Assembly (NCBI GenBank): GCA_002269645.1
Contig: NIVC01001208.1
Span: 1 to 64,000, forward strand
Length of the DNA: 64,000 bases
From: Macrostomum lignano
Lineage: Eukaryota
Direction of reading: 5' to 3'
Of the stretch, positions 36,201-49,176 are shown piece after piece; within the stretch, counting starts at the first letter, position 1; the number at the start of each line of letters is the position of its first letter. The notes under the pieces were generated by a model, which did no database searches, was not told where the DNA came from, and saw only the letters and a list, made by a program, of their open reading frames with translations. The translations under genes were made by a program, and so were the position numbers.

Positions 36201-38855
36201 TTCGCTGATAGTCTAAAATCAACTCATATTGGCTGACAGTAATCTAACATTGTCCCCTCACATCGATTCCTATCTGCTGGCAGAAATCTAACATTCGGTC
36301 CTCTTCACCGATTCCTATTGGCTTGCAGTAATCTAACTTTTGGTCCCCTTCACCGATTCCTATTGGCTGGCAGTAATCTAACCTTCTGTCCCCTTCATTG
36401 ATTCCTATTGGCTGGCAGGAATCTAACCTTCTGTCCCCTTCATTGATTCCTATTGGCTGGCAGTAATCTAACCTTCTGTCCCCTTCATTGATTCCTTTTG
36501 GCTTGCAGTAATCTAACCTTCTGTCCCCTTCATTGATTCCTATTGGCTGGCAGTAATCTAACCTTCTGTCACCTTCATTGATTTCTATTGGCTTGCAGTA
36601 ATCTAACTTTCGGTCCTCTTCACCGATTCCTATTGGCTTGCAGTAATCTAACTTTTGGTCCCCTTCACCGATTCCTATTGGCTGGCAGTAATCTAACCTT
36701 CTGTCCCCTTCATTGATTCCTATTGGCTGGCAGTAATCTAACCTTCTGTCCCCTTCATTGATTCCTATTGGCTGGCAGTAATCTAACCTTCTGTCCCCTT
36801 CATTGATTCCTATTGGCTGGCAGTAATCTAACCTTCTGTCCCCTTCATTGATTCCTTTTGGCTGGCAGTAATCTAACCTTCTGTCCCCTTCATTGATTCC
36901 TTTTGGCTGGCAGTAATCTAACCTTCTGTCACCTTCATTGATTTCTATTGGCTTGCAGTAATCTAACTTTCGGTCCCCTTCACCGATTCCTATTGGCTGG
37001 CAGTAATCTAACCTGTCCCCTTCATTGATTCCTATTGGCTTGCAGTAGTCTAACTTTCGCCCCCCTTACATCGATTCCTATTGGCTGGCAGTAATCTAGC
37101 CTCGTGTCACTGCATCGATTCCTATTGACTGGCTACTTTATTACTTTATTCCATGCTTACAATTCGCAGATCAAAGGCTCTTTTAATCAGCGACGCCACC
37201 CGGACCTAATAAATCCATTCGATCAAGGCAACGGCCTAGCAAATTGTTGCTTCGTACTATTCGGCCCGGTGACGCCTTCGCTATTAAATTTCAGAGAAGA
37301 TGAAATCGGACTCGGTTCCAGCATTAGTTTGGTTACTAACAATGGGCGCAACGGTGCTTCTGCAGCAGCAGCTAGTACTGCAGTAACAGCAACGCCAGCT
37401 GTGCGCTATTCAAATTTAACTCGCAACAATAACGACGCAGCTTCTAATAGCGTTGGACACGTTAATAATAGCGTACAGGTGATCAGCGAATCCTTACCTG
37501 CACAGCTGCCAGGTGACGGTAATGATGTGATTGTTAAGAATGGCAATGGCGCTCCTGCGGATGGAGTCATCTCTGGCGGTACTGATGCTGTCGGTGGTGA
37601 GTCAGTTTGCTTTGGGTTCGAATATTGTGCTCAAAATTTCAAGTTTTATAGCGGTAGTGGGTACCCACAAATGCAAATTAAGATTAGAAGTACTCACAGA
37701 AAAACCTATTTAGAATGCATTTACCAACAGAAATACCCATTTAGGATAGCATTACCCACAGAAATAGCCATTTAGAATAGCATTACCCACGGACATCCCA
37801 TTTAGGATGGCCAGTACCCACAGCAATGCCCATTTAGGATAGCAGTACCCATTTAGGGTAGCAGTACCTTCAGAAATACCTATTTAGCATAGTAGCAGTA
37901 CTATTAGGGGTAGCATTATGACCCACTAAGACACCCATTAGGGGTAGGCGGCAGCATTATGACCCACTAAGACACCCCATTGGGGTAAGCGGTAGCATTA
38001 TGACCCACTAAGACACCCATTAGGGGTAGGCGGTAGCATTATGACCCACTAAGACACCCCATTAGGGGTAGGAGGTAGCATTATGACCCACTAAGACACC
38101 CATTAGGGGTAGGCGGCAGCATTATGACCCACTAAGACACCCCATTGGGGTAAGCGGTAGCATTATGACCCACTAAGACACCCATTAGGGGTAGGCGGTA
38201 GCATTATGACCCACTAAGACACCCCATTAGGGGTAGGAGGTAGCATTATGACCCACTAAGACACCCATTAGGGGTAGGCGGCAGCATTATGACCCACTAA
38301 GACACCCCATTGGGGTAAGCGGTAGCATTATGACCCACTAAGACACCCATTAGGGGTAGGCGGTAGCATTATGACCCACTAAGACACCCATTAGGGGTAG
38401 GCGGTAGCATTTTGACCCACTAAGACACCCATTAGGGGTAGGCGGTAGCATTATGACCCACTAAGACACCCATTAGGGGTAGGCGGTAGCATTTTGACCC
38501 ACTAAGACACCCATTAGGGGTAGGCGGTAGCATTTTGACCCACTAAGACACCCATTAGGGGTAGGCGGTAGCATTATGACCCACTAAGACACCCATTAGG
38601 GGTAGGCGGTAGCATTTTGACCCACTAAGACACCCATTAGGGGTAGGCGGTAGCATTATGACCCACTAAGACACCCATTAGTGTTAGCACTGCAGTACAT
38701 TATGAATGATTTCTATTTCTATTTAAAATTGAATTATTATATATTCAACATATATTATTTTGTACTCATTAAATTTTCCTCACAAATTGCCCATCAACCT
38801 TGCAGCGCAGAATTCAAACACTCAGTCAGCCTCGTCAGTGCACTGCATTGTCTGA
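33285..38855 (+). CDS. ZDHHC9/14/18: DHHC palmitoyltransferase, ZDHHC9/14/18 (Erf2/app) subfamily
   Basis: Exons 33285-33585, 34977-35273, 35700-35751, 35858-35960, 37170-37596 and, less certainly, 38806-38855. Motifs [77 protein letters not shown]|[13 protein letters not shown]. Confidence 0.95.
34195..34830. repeat. 30-bp minisatellite
   Basis: Unit GCTAATGAGTGTGACGGAGCTGATCAAAGG, highly homogeneous; ZDHHC intron 1. Confidence 0.98.
35752..35857 (+). other. U12-type (minor spliceosome) AT-AC intron
   Basis: Donor ATATCCTTT at 35752, branch site TTTTCCTTAAC at 35826-35836, AC acceptor at 35857 (alternative 35851). Splicing gives ESPTS|[17 protein letters not shown]. Confidence 0.9.
36240..37110. 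repeat. 45-bp minisatellite
   Basis: Unit TATTGGCTGGCAGTAATCTAACCTTCTGTCCCCTTCATTGATTCC; intronic. Confidence 0.96.
37720..38690. repeat. 41-bp minisatellite preceded by degenerate related units
   Basis: Unit AGACACCCATTAGGGGTAGGCGGTAGCATTATGACCCACTA at 37900-38690. Confidence 0.95.
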
Positions 38856-40236
38856 CGCAGACTTCTAGCCGGATTGAATGATTTATAATCATGCTTTTTG
38901 TTGTTTTCTTGACACTTATGAATATCTCTGTTATAAAACTGGAAAGCTATAGTATTCGTTTTATTATTATTAATTTATTCTAATTTCTATTTTTTTAATT
39001 CAAAATATTTTTGCATGCAGACAGGCTGAAGTTGTGTTTTATTTCTTAACATAGCTGTCTGTACTGGTGGATTTTGTCAACCTAAAAGTTTGTAATAATC
39101 TACTCTAAATCAGATTGCTATACTTGTATTTACCATTACTGCGCTTGTAATAAATAATATGCGTTGGAATGCATAATATTAATAATAATAATAGATTCTT
39201 TCTTCTTTATTCTCTTAGATCTATCTTTAGGGAGGTAGATCTTTTCTCACCCTGTATCTCAGCTGTCTATATGGATCTATTCTCACCCCGTATCTTAGCA
39301 ATCAATCTAGATCTATTCTCACCGTGTCTCAACAATAATCTCTGTTTAGTTTGTACTTGTATATTCTAATAAAAATCCGCCCTTCTCTTAAAGTGACTGT
39401 AGCTAGATGACATATGAATGTACATCCGAGTAAACCGGTACTTATGTCTGTAATTAAAGCTTGTTGTTTTTCACACAGTTACTGTGGATCCGAGTGAAAT
39501 ATGATTTAGTCACAACTAATCATTGTTCGTTTTTAATTGTCTGTCATTCATTTAAACAAATATTTATATTATAGATGCTGTATAGAAATACCTGTGCGTA
39601 AGTCTCTGTTTTACAATGCCAAAGCTATTTGTGTTGGTCTCAAGTTATTCTTTCGTTTTCAAATGCCAAAGACCCCATTCTATGAATGGGTTGGTAATTT
39701 TTAACTAGCTCTTGTAGTAATGCATCCAGCCACTGTTTTATATTTGGTTGTCTAAGCGGATTTATTGTTTTATTATTCTCTAAACACGAATTCTCTGGCG
39801 GAAACTCACTTTACAATTTACATGGAATTGAGCCAATCAAATTCAAATGGAAATTACCGAGAAGAGTAATACATTTTTATTCTTGCAATAACTACCGTAT
39901 TAAGCTATTTTGCCAACGAAAAAGTTTCGTAACAAAGAATAATATGATGAGCAATATTTTATGTACCTTTACTGCAATACACTGTTTTTGTATTATTTCA
40001 AATTCACCTTAAAACAGCACATTGATTTGTATGCTTCTGTAACTATTTAATTTTCGCGCCACTTGTTTCAATTATAGTCTATCTGTTTTTTTAATTACTT
40101 GAATCTAGACAAAAAAATTACTTTGAATTTTTCTCATTTTATTCTTGATTTACAGTTTTTGCTAATGGCAAAATGACTGCACTCTCTCAGTAATTATTTA
40201 GCCTACTGTTTGAAACAGAAAATAGACAGACACAGG

Positions 40237-40279
40237 GCTGCCCTTAGCAACCATGCAGACTATTTTTACGGTTGCTAAA
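40237..40279. promoter_or_regulatory. RFX-like motif pair upstream of the coiled-coil gene
   Basis: GCTGCCCTTAGCAAC at 40237-40251 and an inverted half-site GTTGCTA at ~40270, about 1 kb upstream of the ATG. Confidence 0.3.
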
Positions 40280-41234
40280 TGTAAATTTCTCTGTCATTGA
40301 AAACGCAGACATTTAGCGTATTGTCTTCAGATTGTTTAATTTTACCAAATAGCTAATGCCAATGGAAATGTTTTTGTGTCTATTTTCTTTTTGGGTCATG
40401 CACTGTAGCTCGTATGACCATTGCCGATTGCAATGATATTTTGCGTGCGCAATTCTGCTCCGACTGTCAGCAGTGGCAACGAACTGAAAAACGTGCATAC
40501 TAGCTGGTGAATGTGGCAATAATATTAATGATTGTTTTTCGCTGTGAACTATGCGTATTTGTGTGCAGAAATTATACAGCCATAAATCAATTGAACTGTA
40601 CATTTGGTTTGTTTTGTTGCAAACGGCTACGTGAATCCTATCAGCTTGCAGATGATTTGAAATAAACTAATCCGTTAAAAATGACTGTAGAATTGCACAT
40701 TGTGGGCGTTTCTGTGGCTATCAACCTGGAACCTGCGCTATTAAACAAGCTAGCTGATTTGTTCGTGGTTTTGTTGCTAATGCATAAGAAAGTACGGTTG
40801 TGCCTGCCTTTATTACAGTTTTCACTTGCGAAAAATACACTGCAGTATGACCCTGTCAGAAATCTTAAGGTAAAAAACATAAATGAGCATATAAATAGAA
40901 TTTAAAGTATTACTTCAGTGAAAGAAGTTCCATTCCTCACAAGAACGACGCTACGAGCAAAACTTTTATTATCACGAAAAACTTGTTTTTTATAACAGAC
41001 TTTAAAAACTAGTAAACAACAATATATTAATGTCAATTTTAATTTAAAATTAACTTTGTATGTATACTAGCTTCGAGAAAAATAATGCTTTGTTTAAACT
41101 ACTAAAACTATAGTAATTAAATTTGACATGCTGCTCATTCAATACATTTTTTGTGGACCCATTCGCTATTGCGCGGGAGTCGAACCTTCTGTTTTAATAT
41201 TAGTACATATGTAATCGTAGCTTTTTTTTAAATA

Positions 41235-44200
41235 ATGTCTCGAATTTCTTCCACTTACGGAAAGCAAGCGAATGACAGATCAGTTAAGTCTGCTTCCAAG
41301 ATGTATGGAGGTAAGAAAAATACAAATCTGCTGGTTACCGACTTACCGCGTTTGTTGCCCATTTACTACAACATTTAGATTAGATTTTGGATCATTGATT
41401 AATGGGATGCATCGAAGCTATAGAGTAAATGTATATTTATTTGGAGCTGCTGTCTCCAGTTTTTAGTCTCAGTTGTAACACAATAATTGTACACAATAAT
41501 AATAATGAAGTAAATTTAATTTCCCCTCGAAAGTTAAACAGTGTACAATGAAAGTTATTAAGTGAGCTTTAAAAATTGTTAATTATTTTTTGTGTAGTAA
41601 AAATGTATTTTCCATTAATATCAAGTTTTTTATGTTATTTTTTCATTATTTTTTTTCTGAACAAAAACAGTTCTTTTGAATTTTATACTCTTTGCTATGT
41701 TAAATTCCAGTTAACCCCTAGAAAAAATGCAAAAAGGTGCAGAAGCAACAAAATATTTAGCGCAGAATTTTTAGCCCATGATTTTTCTATTTTTCTTATT
41801 TTAGGAAACTACTTGACTGACAGTGGAAAATCTTTGACTCTCTCTGGCGAGCAACAGCTGAGAGGCTCCCAACAATTGACTAAGTCTGGAAAAAGGTACA
41901 AATGAATGTATTCCTTTGGTCTATTTCTAAGAATCTAGTTCTTTATTTCAGAATAACCATGTTAAATTTCGCATTTGATTTTCAATTTTAGCACAAAATC
42001 TTCATTTGCCGATTCGATTCGAACCAGCACTGGCGCCCTTGAACAAGAGTATATCAAATCACTCCAGCAACAAGTCTATCTGCTGGAATTGGAAAACAAT
42101 CATCTATATCCTTTTTAATTGAAATTTCTATATTTTCACTCATTTATAATTTATCAGATATTTTCTACAAGAAAGCCTAAGGTATTAAATAGCTAGGTTT
42201 ATTAATTTTTGCTTTTTTGACCATTAAATTTTTTAGTAATCCTTTGTGTCAACAAATTTAATAAAATTGATTTAACTGTTTCATCCATACATGTATTAAG
42301 AAACTCTGACTCTAACCAATAATCTAAATGAATAAGAAGTCAAAACTATAAATGTATATCGTTTTTTTATTTTCCCTTTGTTTCCAAGAAACAAATCAAT
42401 CGGTTAAGATTTTCCTTGACGCAGCATTCTCCATAAAATTTGCCCCGACTGATACGCGGTCACAGGCTGTGAAAGCCACTGAGCTTCACCCGACGATGGC
42501 TGCCGAGGCGGAGAAAATGTTGCGCGAATTGAAAGCTCTGCAAGCCAAGGTCGACGCGCTTCAATTGGAGAATTTTCGAAAAGAAGGCGCCGCTGAAGTC
42601 CTTCAGCAAAAGGTGCGTAAATAAAAACTAAAGGCGCCCGACACCGTAAACAAATGTGGGTATTAGTCATTGGTTCGTGAGCGTTCCCCAAATTAGGATC
42701 AAAGAGCTTGGTAAATATAAATTGTTACACCACTGTTAAAATGGTGTCTCTTCCGGATGATCCAAAATTAAACGTAGTTATTAAACGTAAGCCGCCAAAA
42801 TCCCAACCAACTCTCAGGTGAACGGACTCACCCAGAAGCTGACCCAGTACGAGGCCAGCCACAGCGAGGAGCGGGAACGATTCGACAAGGACAGCGCCGA
42901 GGCCCGCAGGGAGAGGGACATGTACCAGAGAGACGTGGGCCGACTGCAGATGCGACTCGGCGAGCTGCAAGAAGACTTCGATCACAAGCTGTCCGATCTG
43001 AAAGCGTCCGAGACTAAAGTGGCCACATTAAGAGGTGAGCAACTTTATATCCATTTTCGCCCATCTGCTTGTACAATCTTGACCAAAGTCATACTGATTG
43101 ATACGTGACCCGCATGGGGCAGAGCAGTTCAGCGCCTTGTCAAGCGACTGTCCCCCAGTATGAGTGCCTGCGGCGCCAAGTATGAGTGCCTGCGGCGCCA
43201 AGTATGAGTGCCTGCGGCGCCAAGTATGAGTGCCTGCGGCGCCAAGTATGAGTGCCTGCGGCGCCAAGTATGAGTGCCTGCGGTGCCAAGATGAGTGCCT
43301 GCGGCGCCAAGTATGAGTGCCTGCGGCGCCAAGTATGAGTGCCTGCGGCGCCAAGTATGAGTGCCTACGGCGCCAAGTATGAGTGCCTGCGGCGCCAAGT
43401 ATGAGTGCCTGCGGCGCCAAGTATGAGTGCCTGCGGCGCCAAGTATGAGTGCCTGCGGCGCCAAGTATGAGTGCCTGCGGCGCCAAGTATGAGTGCCTGC
43501 GGCGCCAAGTATGAGTGCCTGCGGCGCCAAGTATGAGTGCCTGCGGCGCCAAGTATGAGTGCCTGCGGCGCCAAGATGAGTGCCTGCGGCGCCAAGTATG
43601 AGTGCCTGCGGCGCCAAGTATGAGTGCCTGCGGCGCCAAGTATGAGTGCCTGCGGCGCCAAGTATGAGTGCCTGCGGCGCCAAGTATGAGTGCCTGCGGC
43701 GCCAAGATGAGTGCCTGCGGCGCCAAGTATGAGTGCCTGCGGCGCCAAGTATGAGTGCCTGCGGCGCCAAGATGAGTGCCTGCGGCGCCAAGTATGAGTG
43801 CCTTCAGCGCCTAAAAGAGTACCAGCGGCGCCAAATGAGCGCTGACAACACACCGATGCTGGAAATAATGTACATGTAAATGTAGAATTCTTGGCTTGTC
43901 CCCCACCACCATAAAATCCAAGGCGACATCCCTGCTGGCCACATGACTGTCGCAGATTACCCGCAGCCTAGTGCATGACTCATACTTCTATTTTTATTCT
44001 CCATTGCGATGCAATTTGCTCAGATTCCGAAAGCAACTCAAAGGCTCAAAGTACCATCAATTTTATCAGCGGTAATGTTGACTATTTATTCATTTATTTA
44101 TTGCCACACATTTTTGTTTATCCTGTTGTAAGCACGTGAAAAAATGTTTTGCTATACATTTTCTTGTTGTTGTTGTATCTAACAATTACGACTCTACCTA

Positions 44201-47200
44201 TAGTATACAGAAATCCCACGAAATAGACGTGTAGTTGTAATTTCCTATTTGGTGAAGGTAAAATGATCCAGAAAAATTTATTATCTGTTTAAACTATTTG
44301 TGTTAATTATCTCTATATCTATACACATTTACTTACATTGGTGTCTATCATTTGTTATACTGCACTTAAACCTCTTATTTGCCTTTCGTAGCTTTTATCC
44401 TTTTAAATGTATACCCGAAATTTATAGTGTTTTTTGGAACTACTACTGTTATTGTAGTAGGCTTCTATTGTATGTTACTGTATTTTTGTTTGTAAACGGG
44501 GTGCTAGCTTAGCGCTGAACACATCTACTGCCTATAGGATCTCCGAATCCTGGTGCGTGAAACTAGCAGGGTACCAACTTCTGGGGCCTTCTAGGTGGCC
44601 CTTTATGATTACCAGCCTTGCAGGGGGTCGATTTACAATTGCTGTGAGCACAGGTCAGATCACCCAGCACAATGGCAGCTCTAAGCAGCTAATAGTGCAA
44701 TCATCTTCCTGAAGTATGAGAAGCTCAGCCAAAAACGCAAAATCATCAGCCAGGCCGCCCCCAGGACACACTAGCAACCTCCGGGTACACCCACGATCTT
44801 AATGAGACCGGCCGTACTGAACATCATGTACACTTCGGACTGCTATGGATGTTTAATTTATGTAATAACTTGCAACGTTTGTTTTTACTATAGCTGACGT
44901 GGAGTAGAGACCCAGAAACAGCCATGTTTTACTGTTAACAATTACCAGTTATCTTATTTAGTAGCCATATATCATTCTGAGCTGACCGTTCAACCATCTC
45001 ACTCAAGGCCAGCTCGAGGCGGCTCTGGACAAACTGGCCGCGGCGGACTCGGCACTGACCGAGGAGCGAGCTCAAACTGCTCGGCTTGAGGCTCGAGTCC
45101 GAGTACTCGAAGTCGAACTAGCTAGCACCAATACGAAAGGTTTGGAACGAAATATTCGCGAACTACGAGACGAGAATTTGGCTTTAAAAGAACGACTCCG
45201 CCGGGAGCAGAGTAAAGCTCACGAAGAGACGCTTCTGCGCAGCAAGACGTTTGAAGAGACGTCGGCCCTGGTGAAGCAGAATGCCGCTTTGGAGCAGAAA
45301 GTGGTGGAGCTGGAGCGCCAGATTGAGGCGGAAAGAGACAAGTCGCATCAGTGGGCGGGACACGCGAGTGTCGAATCCGATGAGCTGGTGCGGCTCAGAG
45401 AGCGAGAAAAGACGCTTGAATATCAGGTTTGTAGCCTGTCTGAGTTCTAATTGGACGAAAAGCTCAAGTATGAAATTGGGGGAAGAGTTTGGGGTGGGTG
45501 GAGCCAGCTGATTGGGGGAAGGAGTTTAGGGTGGGTGGAGCCAGCTGATTGTCAGAAGGAGTTCGGGTAGGTGAGAGCCCGCTAATTGGAGGAAGGAGTT
45601 TGGGGTGGGTGGAGGCTGCTAATTGGGGGAAGGAGTTTGGGTTGGGTGGAGCAAGCTGATTGGAGGAAAGAGTTTGGGGTGGGTGGAGCGAGCTGATTGG
45701 GGGAAGAGTTTGGGGTGGGTGGAGCCAGCTGATTGGGGGAAGGAGTTTGGGGTGGGTGAAGCCAGCTGATTGGGGGAAGGAGTTTGGGGTGGGTGGAGCC
45801 AGCTGATTGGGGGAAGGAGTTTGGGGTGGGTGGAGCCAGCTGATTGGGGGAAGGAGTTTGGGGTGGGTGGAGCCAGCTGATTGGGGAAGGAGTTTGGGGT
45901 GGGTGGAGCCAGCTGATTGGGGGAAGGAGTTTGGGGTGGGTGGAGCCAGCTGATTGGGGGAAGGAGTTTGGGGTGGGTGGAGCCAGCTGATTGGGGGAAG
46001 GAGTTTGGGGTGGGTGGAGCCAGCTGATTGGGGGAAGGAGTTTGGGGTGGGTGGAGCCAGCTGATTGGGGGAAGGAGTTTGGGGTGGGTGGAGCCAGCTG
46101 ATTGGGGGAAGGAGTTTGGGGTGGGAGGAGCCAGCTGATTGGGGAGGAGGTTCAGGGTGGTTGGTGAGAGCCCGCTCTAATTGAGGGAAAGGGCTTGGGG
46201 TGGGTTTCAGCCAACTAAGGATAATACTAAAGCTGTTGACTTGGCTTTATCTTTCACATTTTCGCATTTACAACAACAATTTTTTGCGTTAAGCTTACTA
46301 AAAGTAGTGCGTACTGTAAAGCGCACGGTGAGTATAACCTTCAAACGATATTTACTATTCAGGTGTCTAGCGGTGTAGAAGAGGTGGCCAAGCTGCGCCT
46401 AAAAGTGCAACAGCTCACCCAGCAACTCAACGAAGCTTCCGAGACCAAGGACGCCGGCACCATCGACTTGACCGTCGCTCGGCGTCGCCTACAAGAGGCC
46501 GAGAACTCTCAGGCCAGCTTGTCGGACCAGCTAAGCAGATTGCAGCGGGACAAAGCCGAACTGGTTGCCCACGTTGACAGCCTTCAACAGGAGCTGATGA
46601 AGCGGGAGTCTGAGAAGGATGGATTGGCGAGGGCGCTGGATCGGGCGGAGCTGAGACTCAACGAATTGCAGGGCGAGGTGACTCGGCTGCAGCAGCTACA
46701 GGTTAGATAGGGTTTGCTTACCTTTTAGAGTTGGGTTTGCTTACCTGTTAGATTTGGGTTTTCTTACCTTTTAGAGTTGGGTTTGCTTACCTGTTAGATT
46801 TGGGTTTTCTTACCTTTTAGAGTTGGGTTTGCTTACCTGTTAGATTTGGGTTTTCTTACCTGTTAGATTTGGATTTGCTTACCTGTTAGATAGGGTTTGC
46901 TTACCTGTTAGATTTGGGTGTTCTTACCTGTTAGATTTGGATTTGCTTACCTGTTAGATAGGGTTTGCTTACCTGTTAGAGAATTTTTATTACACCTGCC
47001 CAAATGGGCAGATGTGCAACCGACAGCTCAGCCGCAGCTATTGCGTGGCGCATCTGAAGGCTGCGTACGGCTGTTCAGTCCAAGGACTGGGAGGGGGGTG
47101 CCAAACACACCCTCAGTTACCCTAGCAATGCTGGCACCCATTTTACAGATTGATCTGAATGGTCGAGAATCGAACCCCCCGACCTTTCAGCCATAAGTCT

Positions 47201-47423
47201 GACAACTCGATTTAGCTTGACTACCTCATACCTGTTGGGTCAAGTTGGGTCAGTTTCACGTGGGTCAGGTTGTGTTTGGCAAGAGCAACACCACAGCAAT
47301 CCTCCCACCTGATATCTGTTCTGTACAACTTTGCAGGCTACCCGCTGGTCGGAGGTGGAGAAAATGGCCGACACGCTTCGCTCTGCCGCCCACTCCAATT
47401 CTGTCCTGTTCGATAGCTATTAG
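41235..47423 (+). CDS. Long coiled-coil protein, family not recognised
   Basis: Phase-compatible exons 41235-41310, 41805-41895, 41992-42105, ~42456-42612, 42818-43034, optional 44024-44071, 45008-45426, 46363-46701, 47337-47423 (TAG). Sequence is rich in E/Q/R/K/L heptads (EQEYIKSLQQQVYLLELEN ... RWSEVEKMADTLRS). Confidence 0.85.
42106..42455 (+). other. Second U12-type AT-AC-class intron
   Basis: Donor ATATCCTTTT at 42106, branch site TTTTCCTTGAC at 42410-42420, frame-preserving AC acceptors at 42449 or 42455. An in-frame TAA follows the donor if the intron is not spliced. Confidence 0.8.
43150..43830. repeat. 22-bp minisatellite inside a dispersed repeat
   Basis: Unit AGTATGAGTGCCTGCGGCGCCA, about 30 copies. 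The right flank 43830-43935 matches 53130-53225. Confidence 0.96.
44560..44820 (-). mobile_element. Degenerate non-LTR reverse transcriptase fragment
   Basis: Minus strand encodes GVPGGC and, in a shifted frame, ADDFAFLAE, resembling the RT motifs GVxQG and YADD; contains stops. Confidence 0.45.
45480..46200. repeat. 37-bp G-rich minisatellite
   Basis: Unit AGTTTGGGGTGGGTGGAGCCAGCTGATTGGGGGAAGG. Confidence 0.96.
46703..46980. repeat. ~22-bp minisatellite starting at a splice donor
   Basis: Unit CTGTTAGAT(A/T)(G/T)GGTTTGCTTAC. Confidence 0.9.
46985..47235 (-). mobile_element. CORE-like SINE copy with an internal deletion
   Basis: Near-identical to 16780-16935 over ~150 bp; tRNA-like head with GGTTCGATTC on the minus strand; CORE segment missing. 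Confidence 0.8.
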
Positions 47424-49176
47424 CTAATGGATATCTCCTTTGATAATGGAGAACTTTTTCTTAGAAAAAGAAACTATTTTTGCATCGTCTTCCATAAAAC
47501 AGTTTTACTGTGCGCAACTCGATAATTAGTGATGGCTAAGAGGAGGATTTAACGCGTCCAAGTTTGAGCATTTTATTGAAGGCCTGCAGAGTTTTTGTCT
47601 GGCTTTAATATTAAGTTTTAACTTAAGTAACCAAACGTCTCTACACATTGCGAAGTGTACAGAGAATCAACCGCCATAAACAGTACGAAACCGTGGACCA
47701 CCAAACCGCTTTAGCGTGAATGTTTTCAGTAATAGAGGTCAAATATTAGTGCTGCAAAAATCTCCCCCATCCCATTCTGTCCCAAATGCAAAGACAAAAA
47801 CGAGCATATTCCCGTAGTAATTGAAAAATCACACGCTGATCTGTACTCATAACTTCAATGCTCAACATCCTCCTTACACTACACTTGTGTACTTCGAATT
47901 TGTAACTTAATAGTTCGTTTTTACTCGTGGCAAATTTTAAATTTTACTTTTAGTTAAAACAAAAATGTGTAATTTATTTGGCGCGCACACAAAGTTTTTG
48001 CTTTCCGAATAAAGGTTGATCCTTGAATGTTTGTGTTTCTCTCAACCATTGTACTATACTTCAGCTCATGGAAATCGAAAGTAGCTTTTTCACAGAAAAG
48101 AATCATCCTGAGATTGGAATGCGTTTGCACCTATCTATCCATTTATTACCTAATTTTGTTAGCTTTCTGTGTTAGCCAATATTCTAATGCTACCAATATT
48201 TTTATTACGAATTACCGTAGCATACAAAATGCTACTAAATGTTAGATTGTTTTTTTGAGCTGGCTTCAAAAGTTTGTTTTTAGATTATTTTTTCTCCCTT
48301 GTTAACAATTAGCATATTATTATTTAGTGCTTAATGCGGTGTTTCATTTCCAATACAGAGGCTTACGAAACAGATATTTACTGCACTAAATGTGTCGCGT
48401 TTTTTTAATTTATATCTTTCCAAGAAAAGCATGTGATAAATTTTCTGGGTTCATTTTACTTGATTTTTAATTATAAACTGTGCCTCTTCAAAGTACATGT
48501 TGTAGTTTTAGCATAATATCGTATAAGGGAACTGGACCTCTTCAAAGCACATGTAGTTTTCACTGCCTTTTTGACATGCACTTTAAAAATCGAGCTTAAC
48601 CTATTTAACTACTTCAGCTCTGGTTTAGAAGTTACTTTCTCAAGTTCAAGGTCTTTCAAATCGTATACCCGCATGGTGAACTGGCAAGAATATTCAACAG
48701 ATTTCTAAATGGAAATGAATTCGGAAAACGACGCGCCCAAACTTTCGAAACCATAGCCGCCACGTGCTCTGCTTGATAAGCGTTCTCGCAGTCTCTGTGC
48801 ATTTTTCTCTCCCCCCCCCTGTCTCTCAGCCTCTGTAACTATAAGCCTCAAACCTTAACCCTGAGACGAAAGCTTTCACAGTGCACTGGAGGAGACAGTC
48901 GCTATGCGTGAGAGCATAGACTCTGATAAACAATTAAGACTTAGGAAAATTAGCTCTGCGTGTTTCCGTCTATTCTTCTAAAATTGCCATATTGAAGTAT
49001 TGAGTTGGCTGGGTGCTCAAGCTTGCTAAACGCATCTATAAAAATTGAAGCAAGAGAGGCGAGGAGTCCTCTCTAAGCCAACTTCGTCTGTCTATATAAG
49101 CATACGAAACTACACAGACGAGTTGAACCATAGCCAAATTCAGGATTAAATTCATACGCATTATACGCAAATCATC

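Noticed and set aside
38841-38855. C-terminal CaaX motif on the ZDHHC protein
   Set aside because: The Cys is at position -3 (HCIV*), not -4, and the last exon acceptor is itself ambiguous.
40313-40905. Short ORFs between ZDHHC and the coiled-coil gene
   Set aside because: AT-rich codons, no recognisable motif and no consistent splice partners; probably promoter or 5'UTR sequence.
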